Positions 1 to 9,183 of a stretch of DNA of 64,000 bases are shown one piece after another (position 1 is the stretch's first letter; every line of letters starts with the position of its first letter). Made by a program: the position numbers and the translations under genes. This DNA is from Campylobacteraceae bacterium. Lineage in GTDB: Bacteria; Campylobacterota; Campylobacteria; Campylobacterales; BB28. The stretch is from NCBI GenBank assembly GCA_016744535.1, contig JADGEE010000001.1, positions 7,284-71,283 of the forward strand, read 5' to 3'. Under the pieces are notes generated by a model. It saw only the letters and a list, made by a program, of their open reading frames with translations. It was not told the origin of the DNA and ran no database searches.

Positions 1-1
1 A

Positions 2-145
2 CTATTAGGTGAAGATAAAGATGAGTCTTGTGTTACAAAAATTGGATATGATAGTGTTAAGTTTCAATTTTTTAATCCAGATGAAAAGACTACAAGATTT
101 AATAAAAATAGTATCGTTTATGGATTCTTAGTTATCAATAGATAA
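2..145 (+). CDS. 3' end of a gene truncated by the window edge, product unknown
   Basis: Frame 2 is open from base 2 to TAA at 143-145 (ends ...NSIVYGFLVINR). No start codon lies inside the window. Confidence 0.3.
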   Translation, partial: LLGEDKDESCVTKIGYDSVKFQFFNPDEKTTRFNKNSIVYGFLVINR

Positions 146-243
146 TATAAAATTTAATTAAGACTCTTTTTCCTTTAAAAAATTAGAATATAGAGTGCAA
201 GGAAGAAAATCAGAAATAGAAGAGAATCAATAAAAGGGTTTAA

Positions 244-1497
244 ATGAAAAAAGATACTATCTCTTGGGCAATGTATGATTTTGCAAATTCAGCTTTTGCT
301 ACAACTGTTATGGCTGGATTTTTCCCAATATTTTTTAAAGAGTATTACTCTTATGGAAGTGATGTTACAACTTCGACTGCACAACTAGGCTTCGCAAACT
401 CAATTGCAAGTCTATTAATAGTTCTATTCGCTCCTCTTTTAGGTGCAATAGCAGATTCACTCTCAAATAAGAAGAAGTTTCTATTCTTCTTTACATATTT
501 AGGAATTTTAATGACCGCCTCACTTAGTTTTGTGCAAAAAGGTGACTGGGAGATAGCAATATTTTTATATATGATGGGCAGTATCGGTTTTTCAGGTGCA
601 AACTCATTTTATGATTCATTAATGGTCTTTTTATCAGATGAAAAGAGAAGAGATTTTGTTTCAGGCTTAGGCTTTGGACTTGGATATTTAGGTGGTGGAA
701 TTCTGTTTAGCTTAAATATTTTTATGTATCAAAAACCTGAATTTTTTGGGATAGCTGATTCGGCTGAAGCTATTAAAATTTCATTTATAAGTGTAGCACT
801 TTGGTGGACAGTTTTTTCAATACCTATATTTTTATTTGTAAATGAGCCAAAAAAAGAGGAAAAAGGCTCTATATTAAAAGGATACAGAAACTTAATAAGT
901 ACTTTTAAAAAAATAAAGCATTTAAAAATGATTTTTACATTTTTAGTAGCTTATTGGTTCTATATTGATGGAGTTGATACGATTATTAGAATGGCGGTAG
1001 ATTATGGAATGTCAATCGGTTTTAATTCGAGTGATTTAATATTAGCTTTGCTTTTAATTCAATTTATCGGTTTTCCTGCGACTATTGTATTTGCGAAATT
1101 TGGTGAAAAATGGAACTCTAAAGTAGCAATTTTATTAGCAATTGGGGTCTATTTTATAATAACTTTATGGGCTTCATTTATGAGTAGCATAAGTGAATTT
1201 TATGCTATTGCTATTTTAATTGGGTTAGTCCAAGGTGGTATTCAAGCCCTAAGTCGTTCGTATTATTCTAAAATGATACCTAGTGAAAACTCGGCTGAAT
1301 TTTTTGGATTTTATAATATGATGGGAAAATTTGCAACAGTTTTAGGACCTATTTTAATTAGTTTAACTGCACTAATTACAAAAGATTCAAGAGTCTCAAT
1401 GGCATCAATTTTAATTCTGTTTTTAATAGGTGCTGTTTTACTTTTAAGAGTAGATGAAAAAATCGCAAAAGAGGAAGTTAAAGCTTTAGGGATTTAA
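244..1497 (+). CDS. MFS transporter, UMF1/Atg22-like family
   Basis: 417 aa with hydrophobic helices throughout. The N-terminal WAMYDFANSAF block and overall layout are typical of UMF1-type MFS permeases. Confidence 0.75.
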   Translation: MKKDTISWAMYDFANSAFATTVMAGFFPIFFKEYYSYGSDVTTSTAQLGFANSIASLLIVLFAPLLGAIADSLSNKKKFLFFFTYLGILMTASLSFVQKGDWEIAIFLYMMGSIGFSGANSFYDSLMVFLSDEKRRDFVSGLGFGLGYLGGGILFSLNIFMYQKPEFFGIADSAEAIKISFISVALWWTVFSIPIFLFVNEPKKEEKGSILKGYRNLISTFKKIKHLKMIFTFLVAYWFYIDGVDTIIRMAVDYGMSIGFNSSDLILALLLIQFIGFPATIVFAKFGEKWNSKVAILLAIGVYFIITLWASFMSSISEFYAIAILIGLVQGGIQALSRSYYSKMIPSENSAEFFGFYNMMGKFATVLGPILISLTALITKDSRVSMASILILFLIGAVLLLRVDEKIAKEEVKALGI

Positions 1498-1518
1498 TTA
1501 TCTTTTTCTTGTTTTCTT

Positions 1519-2466
1519 CTAGCGTATTATACTGTTTAATTCTATATATCTAAGATACGAATTATCTTTAATACTTTTTTCTATATCAACTTTTTGTGAT
1601 AACTGTTTATATAAATTTTTAGCTAAATCATAAAGCTCAACTAATTCACAAGCCCTTGCATAAGCATAAATTAGATACTCATCATAACTATTTTGTAGAT
1701 ATGCATTTTTATAGTACTCATAAGCTTGATAACTCCAGCCCTCTTTCTCTTTTGAAACTCCTAATATTAAATTTAAATATCCATTATAATCTTCATATAA
1801 AAATGGCTTTAAATTCTTTTCTAAATTTTTATCATTTGATTCAATTGCTCCAACTCCATAAGCATAAAGTAGAGATTGCCTATTATTTAAATTATATAGT
1901 TCTTTACTTACTCTTTGCCAACTTTTAGTTTTACCATACAAATAAAAAAGATTACTACTTATAAGTAAATTTTTAGGATTATATTTAAATAGTGATTCAT
2001 AACGCTTTATACTTTCAAAAAGTAAATTTGAATTTTTTAAATTATTAGCCTCTGCCATAACTCTTACATAATCATAATTATCTTTTATTTTATATATTTT
2101 TTTATTAATTTTATTTGATTTAAACTCTATTCTCTTATTTAGAGTATTTGAGTCTATTTTTACTATATAAGCACTCTTTATTAACTTTCTAACTCTTTTT
2201 AAATCTTTAGTTAAAATTTCTCTACTCTTACTTGCATTTCCATATCTAAGAGCGTAATATTTATTTAATTTATATATATTAGATTTTATTTTAATATCTT
2301 TTGGAAGTTTAAAATATAGATTTTTTGCATCATTTAAATTTAAAAAAGAGGCTAATTGAATCTCATAAAATTTTTCTATTTTAACTTTTTTAGAGATATT
2401 AAGCACAGCATCAACAGCATAAATATTAGATATGAAAAAAATAAAAATAAAAAAATTTATTTTCAT
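1519..2466 (-). CDS. secreted helical-repeat (TPR-like) protein, last gene of the secretin operon (MshN-like position)
   Basis: N-terminal signal-like segment MKINFFIFIFFISNIYA. Repetitive Y/L/N-rich helical pairs. Its start overlaps the secretin stop by 4 nt (2463-2466). Confidence 0.4.
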   Translation of the reverse strand: MKINFFIFIFFISNIYAVDAVLNISKKVKIEKFYEIQLASFLNLNDAKNLYFKLPKDIKIKSNIYKLNKYYALRYGNASKSREILTKDLKRVRKLIKSAYIVKIDSNTLNKRIEFKSNKINKKIYKIKDNYDYVRVMAEANNLKNSNLLFESIKRYESLFKYNPKNLLISSNLFYLYGKTKSWQRVSKELYNLNNRQSLLYAYGVGAIESNDKNLEKNLKPFLYEDYNGYLNLILGVSKEKEGWSYQAYEYYKNAYLQNSYDEYLIYAYARACELVELYDLAKNLYKQLSQKVDIEKSIKDNSYLRYIELNSIIR

Positions 2467-4061
2467 AATTGCTCAATTTTAATTCTTAAAACTATAACTA
2501 ATTCTCGCTTTTCAATACTACTTTCAACTCTTTTAAAAATAGCTCCAATAACAGGTAAATTTCCTAATAATGGAACTTGATGTTTATCATTTCTTTTAGT
2601 TGTATTTATAAGTCCACCAATTACAACCATATCATTATCTTTTGCTAAAATTACAGTTCCAGCCTCTTTTACATTAATAATAGGAGCTTTTGCAACATCT
2701 ACATTTCCATCTGAAAAAGTCTTTTCACCCTCTATATTTGTAATTACAGGAACTATGTTTAATAAAATTGTGCCATCTTTATTGATTTGTGGTGTAACTC
2801 CTAGTGAAATTCCATTTAAAACATCTCTTCTACTGTAAGTAATTTCAGGAACTAAATTTCTATTATTATCATTATTTTGGTCAAAAACTTCTGTATAAGT
2901 AACCTCTTTTTCCCAAAAAGGTACTATATTCCCACTTGAGATTAATCCAGTTTGTCCATTTAAAACTTTAATTCTAGGATTTGAGATAATTTCAACATTG
3001 CCTGAACTTTGCATTGCTTGAAGAACAGATTTAAAATTTCCCTTTGTATAAGCTAAAGTTACTGCTGATGCTGAATTTGAAATTGGACTTGACATACCCA
3101 AGCTATTAACTCCTTCAAGTTGTGCTAAACCGTTTAAATTTTGCATAATTTTTACTGATTGCTCAATACTATTCCAAGTCTGCTCCCAATTAACTCCCAA
3201 TTGATTACTATCATTTAAAATAACTTCCATTATTTTTGCTTCAATTAAAACTTGTTTACTTAAAAAATTATCTATATTTTTTAAAAAATCATCGACTCTT
3301 TTTATATTTTTTCTATTATCACTAACCATTAGAGTACCTGAAAATTTATTTAGAGAATATTTTCCACTTTCTGAAATTAAAGTTTTAATATTTTCATCTA
3401 TTTGAGTATAAAAATCGTTTAACTCTTGTGGGTTTTCGTAAGTTACGCTAAATGTACCACTAAGTCCACCGCCAGAGCCTCCACCGCCTCCACTTCCGCC
3501 AGAAGAACCACCACTGCTACCTCCAGTATCAGCATTGCCACCTAATAAATCTCCACCTAACTTTGAAGATGAATTTGTAGTTGTATGAATATATGGAAGC
3601 TTAAAAATTTTTGTCATAATATTTTTCACATAAAGAATATTTCCTTTTATCTCAAAAAATGCACCAGTTATATCCATTGCAATATCTAAAACCTCATTTA
3701 TTGGAGCATTTTTCATATTTAATGTAAGAGTCTTATTTAAATCAACACCTTCTGAAACTGCTAAATTAAGTCCAGCCTCTTGTGAAATTGTGTATAAAAA
3801 TTTTGTAATTGGTGCATTTACGGCTGAAAAAGTTATATTTTTACTACTATTTAAAATAGAAGGTTTTTTATAAACAGGAGGTAGAAGTAGAGGAGGAGGT
3901 TTTAATAGTTTTCTTTTTTCTCTCTCCCTTAACTCATTTTGAAACTTTTCAATAATACTTTTTTTATCTTTTTTAATCTCTTGCTGTGAAATTTTAGTGC
4001 TACATCCACTTATTAATAAAATTATAGATATAAAATATATTAATCTATTAATTTTAACCAT
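2463..4061 (-). CDS. outer-membrane secretin lipoprotein (MshL/PilQ/GspD family)
   Basis: Lipobox LLISGC. The C-terminal secretin block reads NPRIKVLNGQ...VIGGLI...VPLLGNLPVIGAIF. An internal Gly/Ser linker is present. Confidence 0.85.
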   Translation of the reverse strand: MVKINRLIYFISIILLISGCSTKISQQEIKKDKKSIIEKFQNELREREKRKLLKPPPLLLPPVYKKPSILNSSKNITFSAVNAPITKFLYTISQEAGLNLAVSEGVDLNKTLTLNMKNAPINEVLDIAMDITGAFFEIKGNILYVKNIMTKIFKLPYIHTTTNSSSKLGGDLLGGNADTGGSSGGSSGGSGGGGGSGGGLSGTFSVTYENPQELNDFYTQIDENIKTLISESGKYSLNKFSGTLMVSDNRKNIKRVDDFLKNIDNFLSKQVLIEAKIMEVILNDSNQLGVNWEQTWNSIEQSVKIMQNLNGLAQLEGVNSLGMSSPISNSASAVTLAYTKGNFKSVLQAMQSSGNVEIISNPRIKVLNGQTGLISSGNIVPFWEKEVTYTEVFDQNNDNNRNLVPEITYSRRDVLNGISLGVTPQINKDGTILLNIVPVITNIEGEKTFSDGNVDVAKAPIINVKEAGTVILAKDNDMVVIGGLINTTKRNDKHQVPLLGNLPVIGAIFKRVESSIEKRELVIVLRIKIEQL

Positions 4062-4669
4062 TTTTCTTCCTTTGTACTCTTTATTAAAACTCTATCTCTT
4101 AATATTTTTATAATTTTTGCATCTCTTATCTTATCGCCTATTTTTAAAATTTTATTATTAATAATAACTTTTGGTATTTTATTTGAAACTAAAATCATTT
4201 GCAACTTCAAAAATTTTAAACTTTGATTTAATTTTTTATTATCTTCAATTTTTTCACTCTCGAGTGATTTAAAAAATTTATTTTTATCTATTTTATTAGC
4301 ATTATTTAAGTTATTTAAAATCTCATCAGGATTTTTACTCTTAGCTAGTGCAATATATTGTGTAAATTTAATATTTTTACCATCTTTAATATCTTCTTTA
4401 TAAAGTCCATATTTTAGTAACCAAATGGTTGAGTGTCTATCCATATCCATTAAAGATTTTTGATATATATTTATCTTATCTCTATTTGAAGTTAAAGCAT
4501 TAAAGATTCTCTCTTTAGATATTTTAAAATTTTCTCTTTTAACTATTAAAATTTTTCTTAAATCACTCATAACTATATTTAAATCAAATAATATAGCCAA
4601 TATAATGGAGAGTGGAATTAAAATTATTAATGCTTGTTGTAGCGTTATATATATTTTAATTTTTTTCAC
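4040..4669 (-). CDS. bitopic pilus/secretion assembly protein, MshK/PilP-like
   Basis: Single N-terminal TM helix. The C-terminal VIINNKILKIGDKIRDAKIIKILRDRVLIK block resembles MshK/GspC/PilP-type domains. It overlaps the secretin start by 22 nt. Confidence 0.4.
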   Translation of the reverse strand: MKKIKIYITLQQALIILIPLSIILAILFDLNIVMSDLRKILIVKRENFKISKERIFNALTSNRDKINIYQKSLMDMDRHSTIWLLKYGLYKEDIKDGKNIKFTQYIALAKSKNPDEILNNLNNANKIDKNKFFKSLESEKIEDNKKLNQSLKFLKLQMILVSNKIPKVIINNKILKIGDKIRDAKIIKILRDRVLIKSTKEEKWLKLID

Positions 4670-4677
4670 TCTTATTC

Positions 4678-5139
4678 CTATCTATACAACTGAATGATTT
4701 CTATATCTATTTCTACTATGTTTTCTTTTATATTTAAAGATTTTATATTTAAAAACCCAAACTCTTTTTTTAAGCTAGATAGAGTAAAAAGAGCATTTAA
4801 ATCATCTCTCTTAAGAAGTGAATTAACTCTTATATAAAAATAATTTTTTCTCTTAGTAATAAATTCATCAATAGATAAATTCAATATATTCTTATAACTT
4901 TTATAAAATTTAATTAACTTATCTTCTGCATCTTTTTCAAGAGGAATTGAATTTAATATAGGAAATATTTCATCTTTTAGTATTTGATTAACTTTTGAAA
5001 ATTTTTTTATTTTATTTAAGCTTTTTTTGACTCTTTTAATTTCACTCTCATAGCTTTTTATCCCATAATTTAAATTTTTGTCTAAAAGAAGTATAGCTAT
5101 AACAAATATTGATAAAATTATGGATATAACTATTTTCAT
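4678..5139 (-). CDS. bitopic assembly protein, MshJ/PilO-like
   Basis: 153 aa with an N-terminal TM helix followed by a coiled-coil. It lies between the PilM/N-like and PilP-like genes and shares a 4-nt overlap with the upstream gene. Confidence 0.35.
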   Translation of the reverse strand: MKIVISIILSIFVIAILLLDKNLNYGIKSYESEIKRVKKSLNKIKKFSKVNQILKDEIFPILNSIPLEKDAEDKLIKFYKSYKNILNLSIDEFITKRKNYFYIRVNSLLKRDDLNALFTLSSLKKEFGFLNIKSLNIKENIVEIDIEIIQLYR

Positions 5140-6479
5140 TTAAATCTTCCATTGAGAGTAAAAGATGCTTTTATACTCAACTCTTTATAATCGTGTGTCA
5201 TATCAACTCTTATTTTTTTACCCATATCTAAAGTAACTTTTTTAAAATCTTTTAAAAATTTATTTAAATCTATTAAATCTTCAAACTTTTTTTCAAACTC
5301 TAAACTCAAAATATTATCTTTTTCACTCCATTTAAAATTCTCAAATTCAATCTCTAGAGTATTTATCTTTTGACTTATTAAATTTATACTATTTAATAAA
5401 TTAGTATTTGAATTATTTTTTATTAATTTTAAAAAGTTAGAGATAAATCGCTCATCTTTAGGACTACCTATATTTATTTTTGAAAAGTCTCGTAATAATT
5501 TACTTTTTAAATTTGAGTAATTATCTTCTAAGTCAAAATATCTATTAGCTTTATTAAATATTTCATAACCTACTAGTGTTGATAAAAGTACTAAAGCAAA
5601 TATATAAATATTTAAAAGTTGTAAAAACTGCTGTTTTGACTTAAATTTAATAGGAATAAAATTTAAATCATCATCAATTAAAAGTGAACCAAATTCAATT
5701 AAATATCTATTAAAACTTTCAAAGTCAATATTTTTAAATATTAATTTTGGCATTAATTTTAAAACTTCTACTTTAGAGTTGTTCTCAATAATAGTTAAAA
5801 GTTCAATATTATCCGTAAATTCTCCATTAATAGTTACTAAATCAAAGTTTACTCTTAATTGCTGTTTTATATATAGAATATTTTTTATAGCTTCATCTTT
5901 TAGTGTTTCAAAATCAAGTGTTTTCTCTTTTAAATTTATAACTCTCGAGAATAGTATACTTTCAAAATTTCCAGCTATTATAATTATCTCATTTAAATTC
6001 GAATACAAAGAGATAAAACTCTTATCTTTAAAGAAATATCTATTAATCGAATATAACGCATAAATATCTAAAGTAACACACTTTATACTTTTTGGAGTTG
6101 CAATAGAGTAAAAATCTTTATAATCACTCTCATAGACTCCAATTATCTCATAACGAGTTGAGTTTTTAGTTGTTTCATTTTCATAATAGTTATAAATTAT
6201 TTTATTTTTATCTAAATGAAACTCTTTTTTTAACTTCGCATCAATCATAAATTTTATAGTAGAATCACTTTTAATTACTTTTGGAATATCAATATTAGTT
6301 TTAATTGTTTTTGTACCAAATAGACTAAAATATAAATTTCGTCTATTTTTTATATATTTTTTTACCTCATTTAATTCCTCAAATGATACTTCTGCTTTTA
6401 TTGATAATTTCTTGAGACTTTTTGAAATTTTTAAAACATTAAATTTTCCATCTCTTAATCTAATTAAATTTACAATCAT
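5136..6479 (-). CDS. MshI-like assembly protein (PilM-like cytoplasmic part + TM + PilN-like part)
   Basis: 447 aa with one internal TM helix (LLNIYIFALVLLSTLVGYEIF) about two thirds along. It is the first gene of the operon upstream of the secretin. Confidence 0.4.
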   Translation of the reverse strand: MIVNLIRLRDGKFNVLKISKSLKKLSIKAEVSFEELNEVKKYIKNRRNLYFSLFGTKTIKTNIDIPKVIKSDSTIKFMIDAKLKKEFHLDKNKIIYNYYENETTKNSTRYEIIGVYESDYKDFYSIATPKSIKCVTLDIYALYSINRYFFKDKSFISLYSNLNEIIIIAGNFESILFSRVINLKEKTLDFETLKDEAIKNILYIKQQLRVNFDLVTINGEFTDNIELLTIIENNSKVEVLKLMPKLIFKNIDFESFNRYLIEFGSLLIDDDLNFIPIKFKSKQQFLQLLNIYIFALVLLSTLVGYEIFNKANRYFDLEDNYSNLKSKLLRDFSKINIGSPKDERFISNFLKLIKNNSNTNLLNSINLISQKINTLEIEFENFKWSEKDNILSLEFEKKFEDLIDLNKFLKDFKKVTLDMGKKIRVDMTHDYKELSIKASFTLNGRFK

Positions 6480-6604
6480 TTTATCACTTCTATTATTAAA
6501 AATAGTAACTACTATATTTTATAGTACAAAAAAATAATATTTAAACAGATTATAATTTTTTTTGGCTAATATATAAGTAAAAAATTTTTAATAAGGAGAT
6601 AGAG

Positions 6605-6691
6605 ATGGAAATTGTTGCAGGATTTTATGTAATAGTTGCAATTGTAACTATACCTGTGTGGTTATATTTTCAAAAAAACCCAGCTCATTAG
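6605..6691 (+). CDS. 28-aa hydrophobic peptide (MEIVAGFYVIVAIVTIPVWLYFQKNPAH)
   Basis: Strong SD AAGGAG sits 6 nt upstream of the ATG. Single TM-like helix. Followed by the hairpin TCTCCC-tcta-GGGAGA at 6699-6714. It is below the ORF-track cutoff. Confidence 0.3.
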   Translation: MEIVAGFYVIVAIVTIPVWLYFQKNPAH

Positions 6692-6813
6692 TTAAGAGTC
6701 TCCCTCTAGGGAGAGAGAGTTACTTTAACCTAAATTATCTACTTGATTTAAATCAATGAAATTATTATAATTCTTATCTATAATTCTTAATTAAAAGAAT
6801 ATGAGGGAAAATT

Positions 6814-7113
6814 ATGAAAAAAATGGAAATTAATATAGATGGTACAACACTTCCATTTTATGAGACGGAGTTAAATGGAGTCAAATATTATGAGTTTGAT
6901 GCTAGTGAAGTTGGATGTCCTGAACCTATGATAAATGCAATGGCTGGACTTAAATTTATTTCCAAAAACAAAAAAAAATCAAAATTAATTATGATAAATT
7001 CACACGAACCAAAGGGACTTTATAAAAAAATTAAAGATAAATTTACTTGGAGTGTAGAGAATTTAAATAAAGAAAAAGTGAAAATAATTTTTGCTTCAAT
7101 TGATGGTAAATAA
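6814..7113 (+). CDS. DUF2249 / TusA-like small protein
   Basis: GCPEPMINAMAGL (CPxP-type motif) plus a later HEPKGLY block. SD GAGGGA lies upstream. Confidence 0.55.
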   Translation: MKKMEINIDGTTLPFYETELNGVKYYEFDASEVGCPEPMINAMAGLKFISKNKKKSKLIMINSHEPKGLYKKIKDKFTWSVENLNKEKVKIIFASIDGK

Positions 7114-7116
7114 AAA

Positions 7117-7458
7117 GTGAAAATAATAAATTTTTTATTTATTTTACTTATTAAACTTTATCAAAAAGTATTAAAAATTACTCCTAATAGTTGTAGATAT
7201 TACCCATCTTGTTCAGACTATGCAAAAATGGAATTTGAAAATAGTAATTTTTTTAAAGCTTTAATTAGCTCAACCCTTAGAATATTAAGATGTAATCAAC
7301 TTTTTGACGGTGGATTTGATTATCCTATCGTAAAAAAGAGTTTCCATTTTAACAAACTTCAAAAAAGAGAATTTAAAAAATTAAATATTAAATATTGGTT
7401 TATTCAAAAAGAGTTAAATAACTTTTATGTAATTAAAAACATCAAATTTAAAACTTAA
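7117..7458 (+). CDS. yidD: membrane protein insertion efficiency factor YidD
   Basis: The YQKVL...CRYYPSCSDYA motif is diagnostic. GTG start. Confidence 0.85.
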   Translation: MKIINFLFILLIKLYQKVLKITPNSCRYYPSCSDYAKMEFENSNFFKALISSTLRILRCNQLFDGGFDYPIVKKSFHFNKLQKREFKKLNIKYWFIQKELNNFYVIKNIKFKT

Positions 7459-7520
7459 CTTTTAAATAAAATTTGCTAAAATTATTAAAATTAATTATAG
7501 ACAAAAATGAGGAGTCTAAA

Positions 7521-8339
7521 ATGAAAAGCATAGTTGAAGAGTTATGGCAAGTTAGGGATACTTTAACACCAGATAGTCTAAGAGAGCCTGAAATTAAAAA
7601 AGCTGTTTTAGATACAATTGATGATTTAGATAATGGAAAAATTAGAGCAGCCCATAAAGAGGATAAAAAGTGGATTGTGAATGATTGGGTAAAAAAGATA
7701 ATTTTAATTTATGTAAAAGTTGCTAGAAAATATGTAATGAATGAGGGTAGTTATAAATATTTCGATAAAATTCCTTTAAAATTTGATGGCTGGGATCAAC
7801 TTAAATTTGAGAGTGCAAATTTAAGAATCAGTGTTGGCTCAATTGTTAGAAAAGGTGCTTTTATCTCAAATGGCTCTATTTTAAAGCCAACTTTTGTTGG
7901 AATTGGTGTGCATATTGGAGAGAAAACTTTTATAGATACATACTCAAATATTGGAGCTTGTGCGCAAATTGGTGATAATTGCCATATAGGCTCACATACA
8001 GCAATAGCTGGTAGTTTAGAACCAATAAATTCAATTCCAACAATTATTGAAGATAATTGCCATATTGGGGCAAGTTCTACGATAGGCAATGGAGTTATAA
8101 TTAGAGAAGGAAGTATTATAGGAAGTGGAGTACATATAGACAGTACTACAAAAATTTATGATAAAGAGACAGAAAATATTTTTTATGGTGAAGTTCCTCC
8201 ATATAGTGTAATAGTTTCAGGTGTACTTCCAAGTGCAGATGGTTCTGTATTTACTTATGCAGCTATTATTGTAAATAGAACAGATGAAAATGTAAGAGCA
8301 AAACTTTCAGTAGATAGAATATTAAAAGGCACTAAATGA
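7521..8339 (+). CDS. dapD: 2,3,4,5-tetrahydropyridine-2,6-dicarboxylate N-succinyltransferase
   Basis: Collinear with E. coli DapD (YFDKIPLKF, PTIIEDNCHIGA hexapeptide repeats, VIVSGVLPSADG). The ATG at 7521 has a GAGGAG SD, which I prefer over the TTG at 7473. Confidence 0.9.
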   Translation: MKSIVEELWQVRDTLTPDSLREPEIKKAVLDTIDDLDNGKIRAAHKEDKKWIVNDWVKKIILIYVKVARKYVMNEGSYKYFDKIPLKFDGWDQLKFESANLRISVGSIVRKGAFISNGSILKPTFVGIGVHIGEKTFIDTYSNIGACAQIGDNCHIGSHTAIAGSLEPINSIPTIIEDNCHIGASSTIGNGVIIREGSIIGSGVHIDSTTKIYDKETENIFYGEVPPYSVIVSGVLPSADGSVFTYAAIIVNRTDENVRAKLSVDRILKGTK

Positions 8340-9181
8340 AAATCAAAAGAGTAAAATTATATTTATTAACTCTTATCTCTCCATTTATTTTAAATGCAGG
8401 AATGTTAAATGGAGTCTCTGTTGTTGTAGATAATGAAGCAATTACAATGTATGAGATATATAAATTATCAAAAAAAGCTAATTTAGCTTATGAAGATAGT
8501 ATTGAAAAATTAATAGAGTTAAAATTACGAGAGGTTGAAGTTAAAAAAAGAAATATAGTAGTTGATAAATTTGAAATTGAACAAGAACTTGAGAATATTG
8601 CTCAAAAAAGTGGTTTTAGTCTATCTCAATTTAAAGAAGTAGTCGGATTAAGAGGTATTAGTTGGAGTGCTTATAAGAAAAAAGTTAAACAAAAAATCGA
8701 ACAAGAAAAGTTAGATAAGAGAGTTTCAGTAGAGAAATTAAAAAATATTAGTGAAGAGAAATTAAAAGAGTATTATGAAAAGAATATAGATGAGTTTACA
8801 ATTGCAAAAAAATTTGAAGTTATAAAATACTCTTCAAGCTCAAAAGATAATTTAGAAAAATCTGTTTTAAATCCAATGTTATCTCTTCCTAATGTAATAA
8901 AAGAGGCTGAAGTATTAGATGCTAAGAGAATTAATCCAAAATTACTTTTTGTATTAAATGATACGGAGGAATCATCTTTTAGTCCAATTTTAACAACATC
9001 AGAAGCTTATATAACATTTTTTGTGATAAAAAAGATGAATATTGAATATTTAAGTTTTAGCAAAGTAAAAGATGTAATTTTCTCTAAACTTATAAAAGAG
9101 AGTCAAAAGAGAGTTATAAAAGAGTATTTTGAAAAATTAAAAGCAAAAGCTGATATTAAAGTTATAAGACTTCCATCTTAA
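8336..9181 (+). CDS. periplasmic SurA-like chaperone / PPIase-family protein
   Basis: Signal peptide. SurA N-terminal-like block VVVDNEAITMYEI. ATGA overlap with dapD. Confidence 0.55.
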   Translation: MKIKRVKLYLLTLISPFILNAGMLNGVSVVVDNEAITMYEIYKLSKKANLAYEDSIEKLIELKLREVEVKKRNIVVDKFEIEQELENIAQKSGFSLSQFKEVVGLRGISWSAYKKKVKQKIEQEKLDKRVSVEKLKNISEEKLKEYYEKNIDEFTIAKKFEVIKYSSSSKDNLEKSVLNPMLSLPNVIKEAEVLDAKRINPKLLFVLNDTEESSFSPILTTSEAYITFFVIKKMNIEYLSFSKVKDVIFSKLIKESQKRVIKEYFEKLKAKADIKVIRLPS

Positions 9182-9183
9182 TT

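Noticed and set aside
1656-1928. 90-aa plus-strand ORF inside the TPR-like gene
   Set aside because: It is antisense to a longer, better-supported ORF. Its H/L/Y/N-rich composition is typical of an AT-rich antisense frame, and it has no SD.
3470-3565. GC-rich quasi-repeat as a CRISPR or other non-coding repeat
   Set aside because: It lies in frame within the secretin ORF and encodes a Gly/Ser linker. There is no spacer/repeat periodicity.
5779-6063. 94-aa plus-strand ORF inside the MshI-like gene
   Set aside because: It is antisense to a 447-aa ORF. It has a low-complexity F/S/I composition and no SD.
7473-7520. TTG-initiated N-terminal extension of dapD, and similar track extensions at 16270, 33992, 51817, 60566, 61076 and 61973
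   Set aside because: In each case an in-frame ATG further downstream has a clear purine-rich SD and gives a sensible N-terminus (a signal peptide or homology start). The extensions overlap upstream genes or lack an SD.
7796-8089. 97-aa minus-strand ORF inside dapD
   Set aside because: It is the mirror frame of the hexapeptide-repeat region of a confidently identified dapD.
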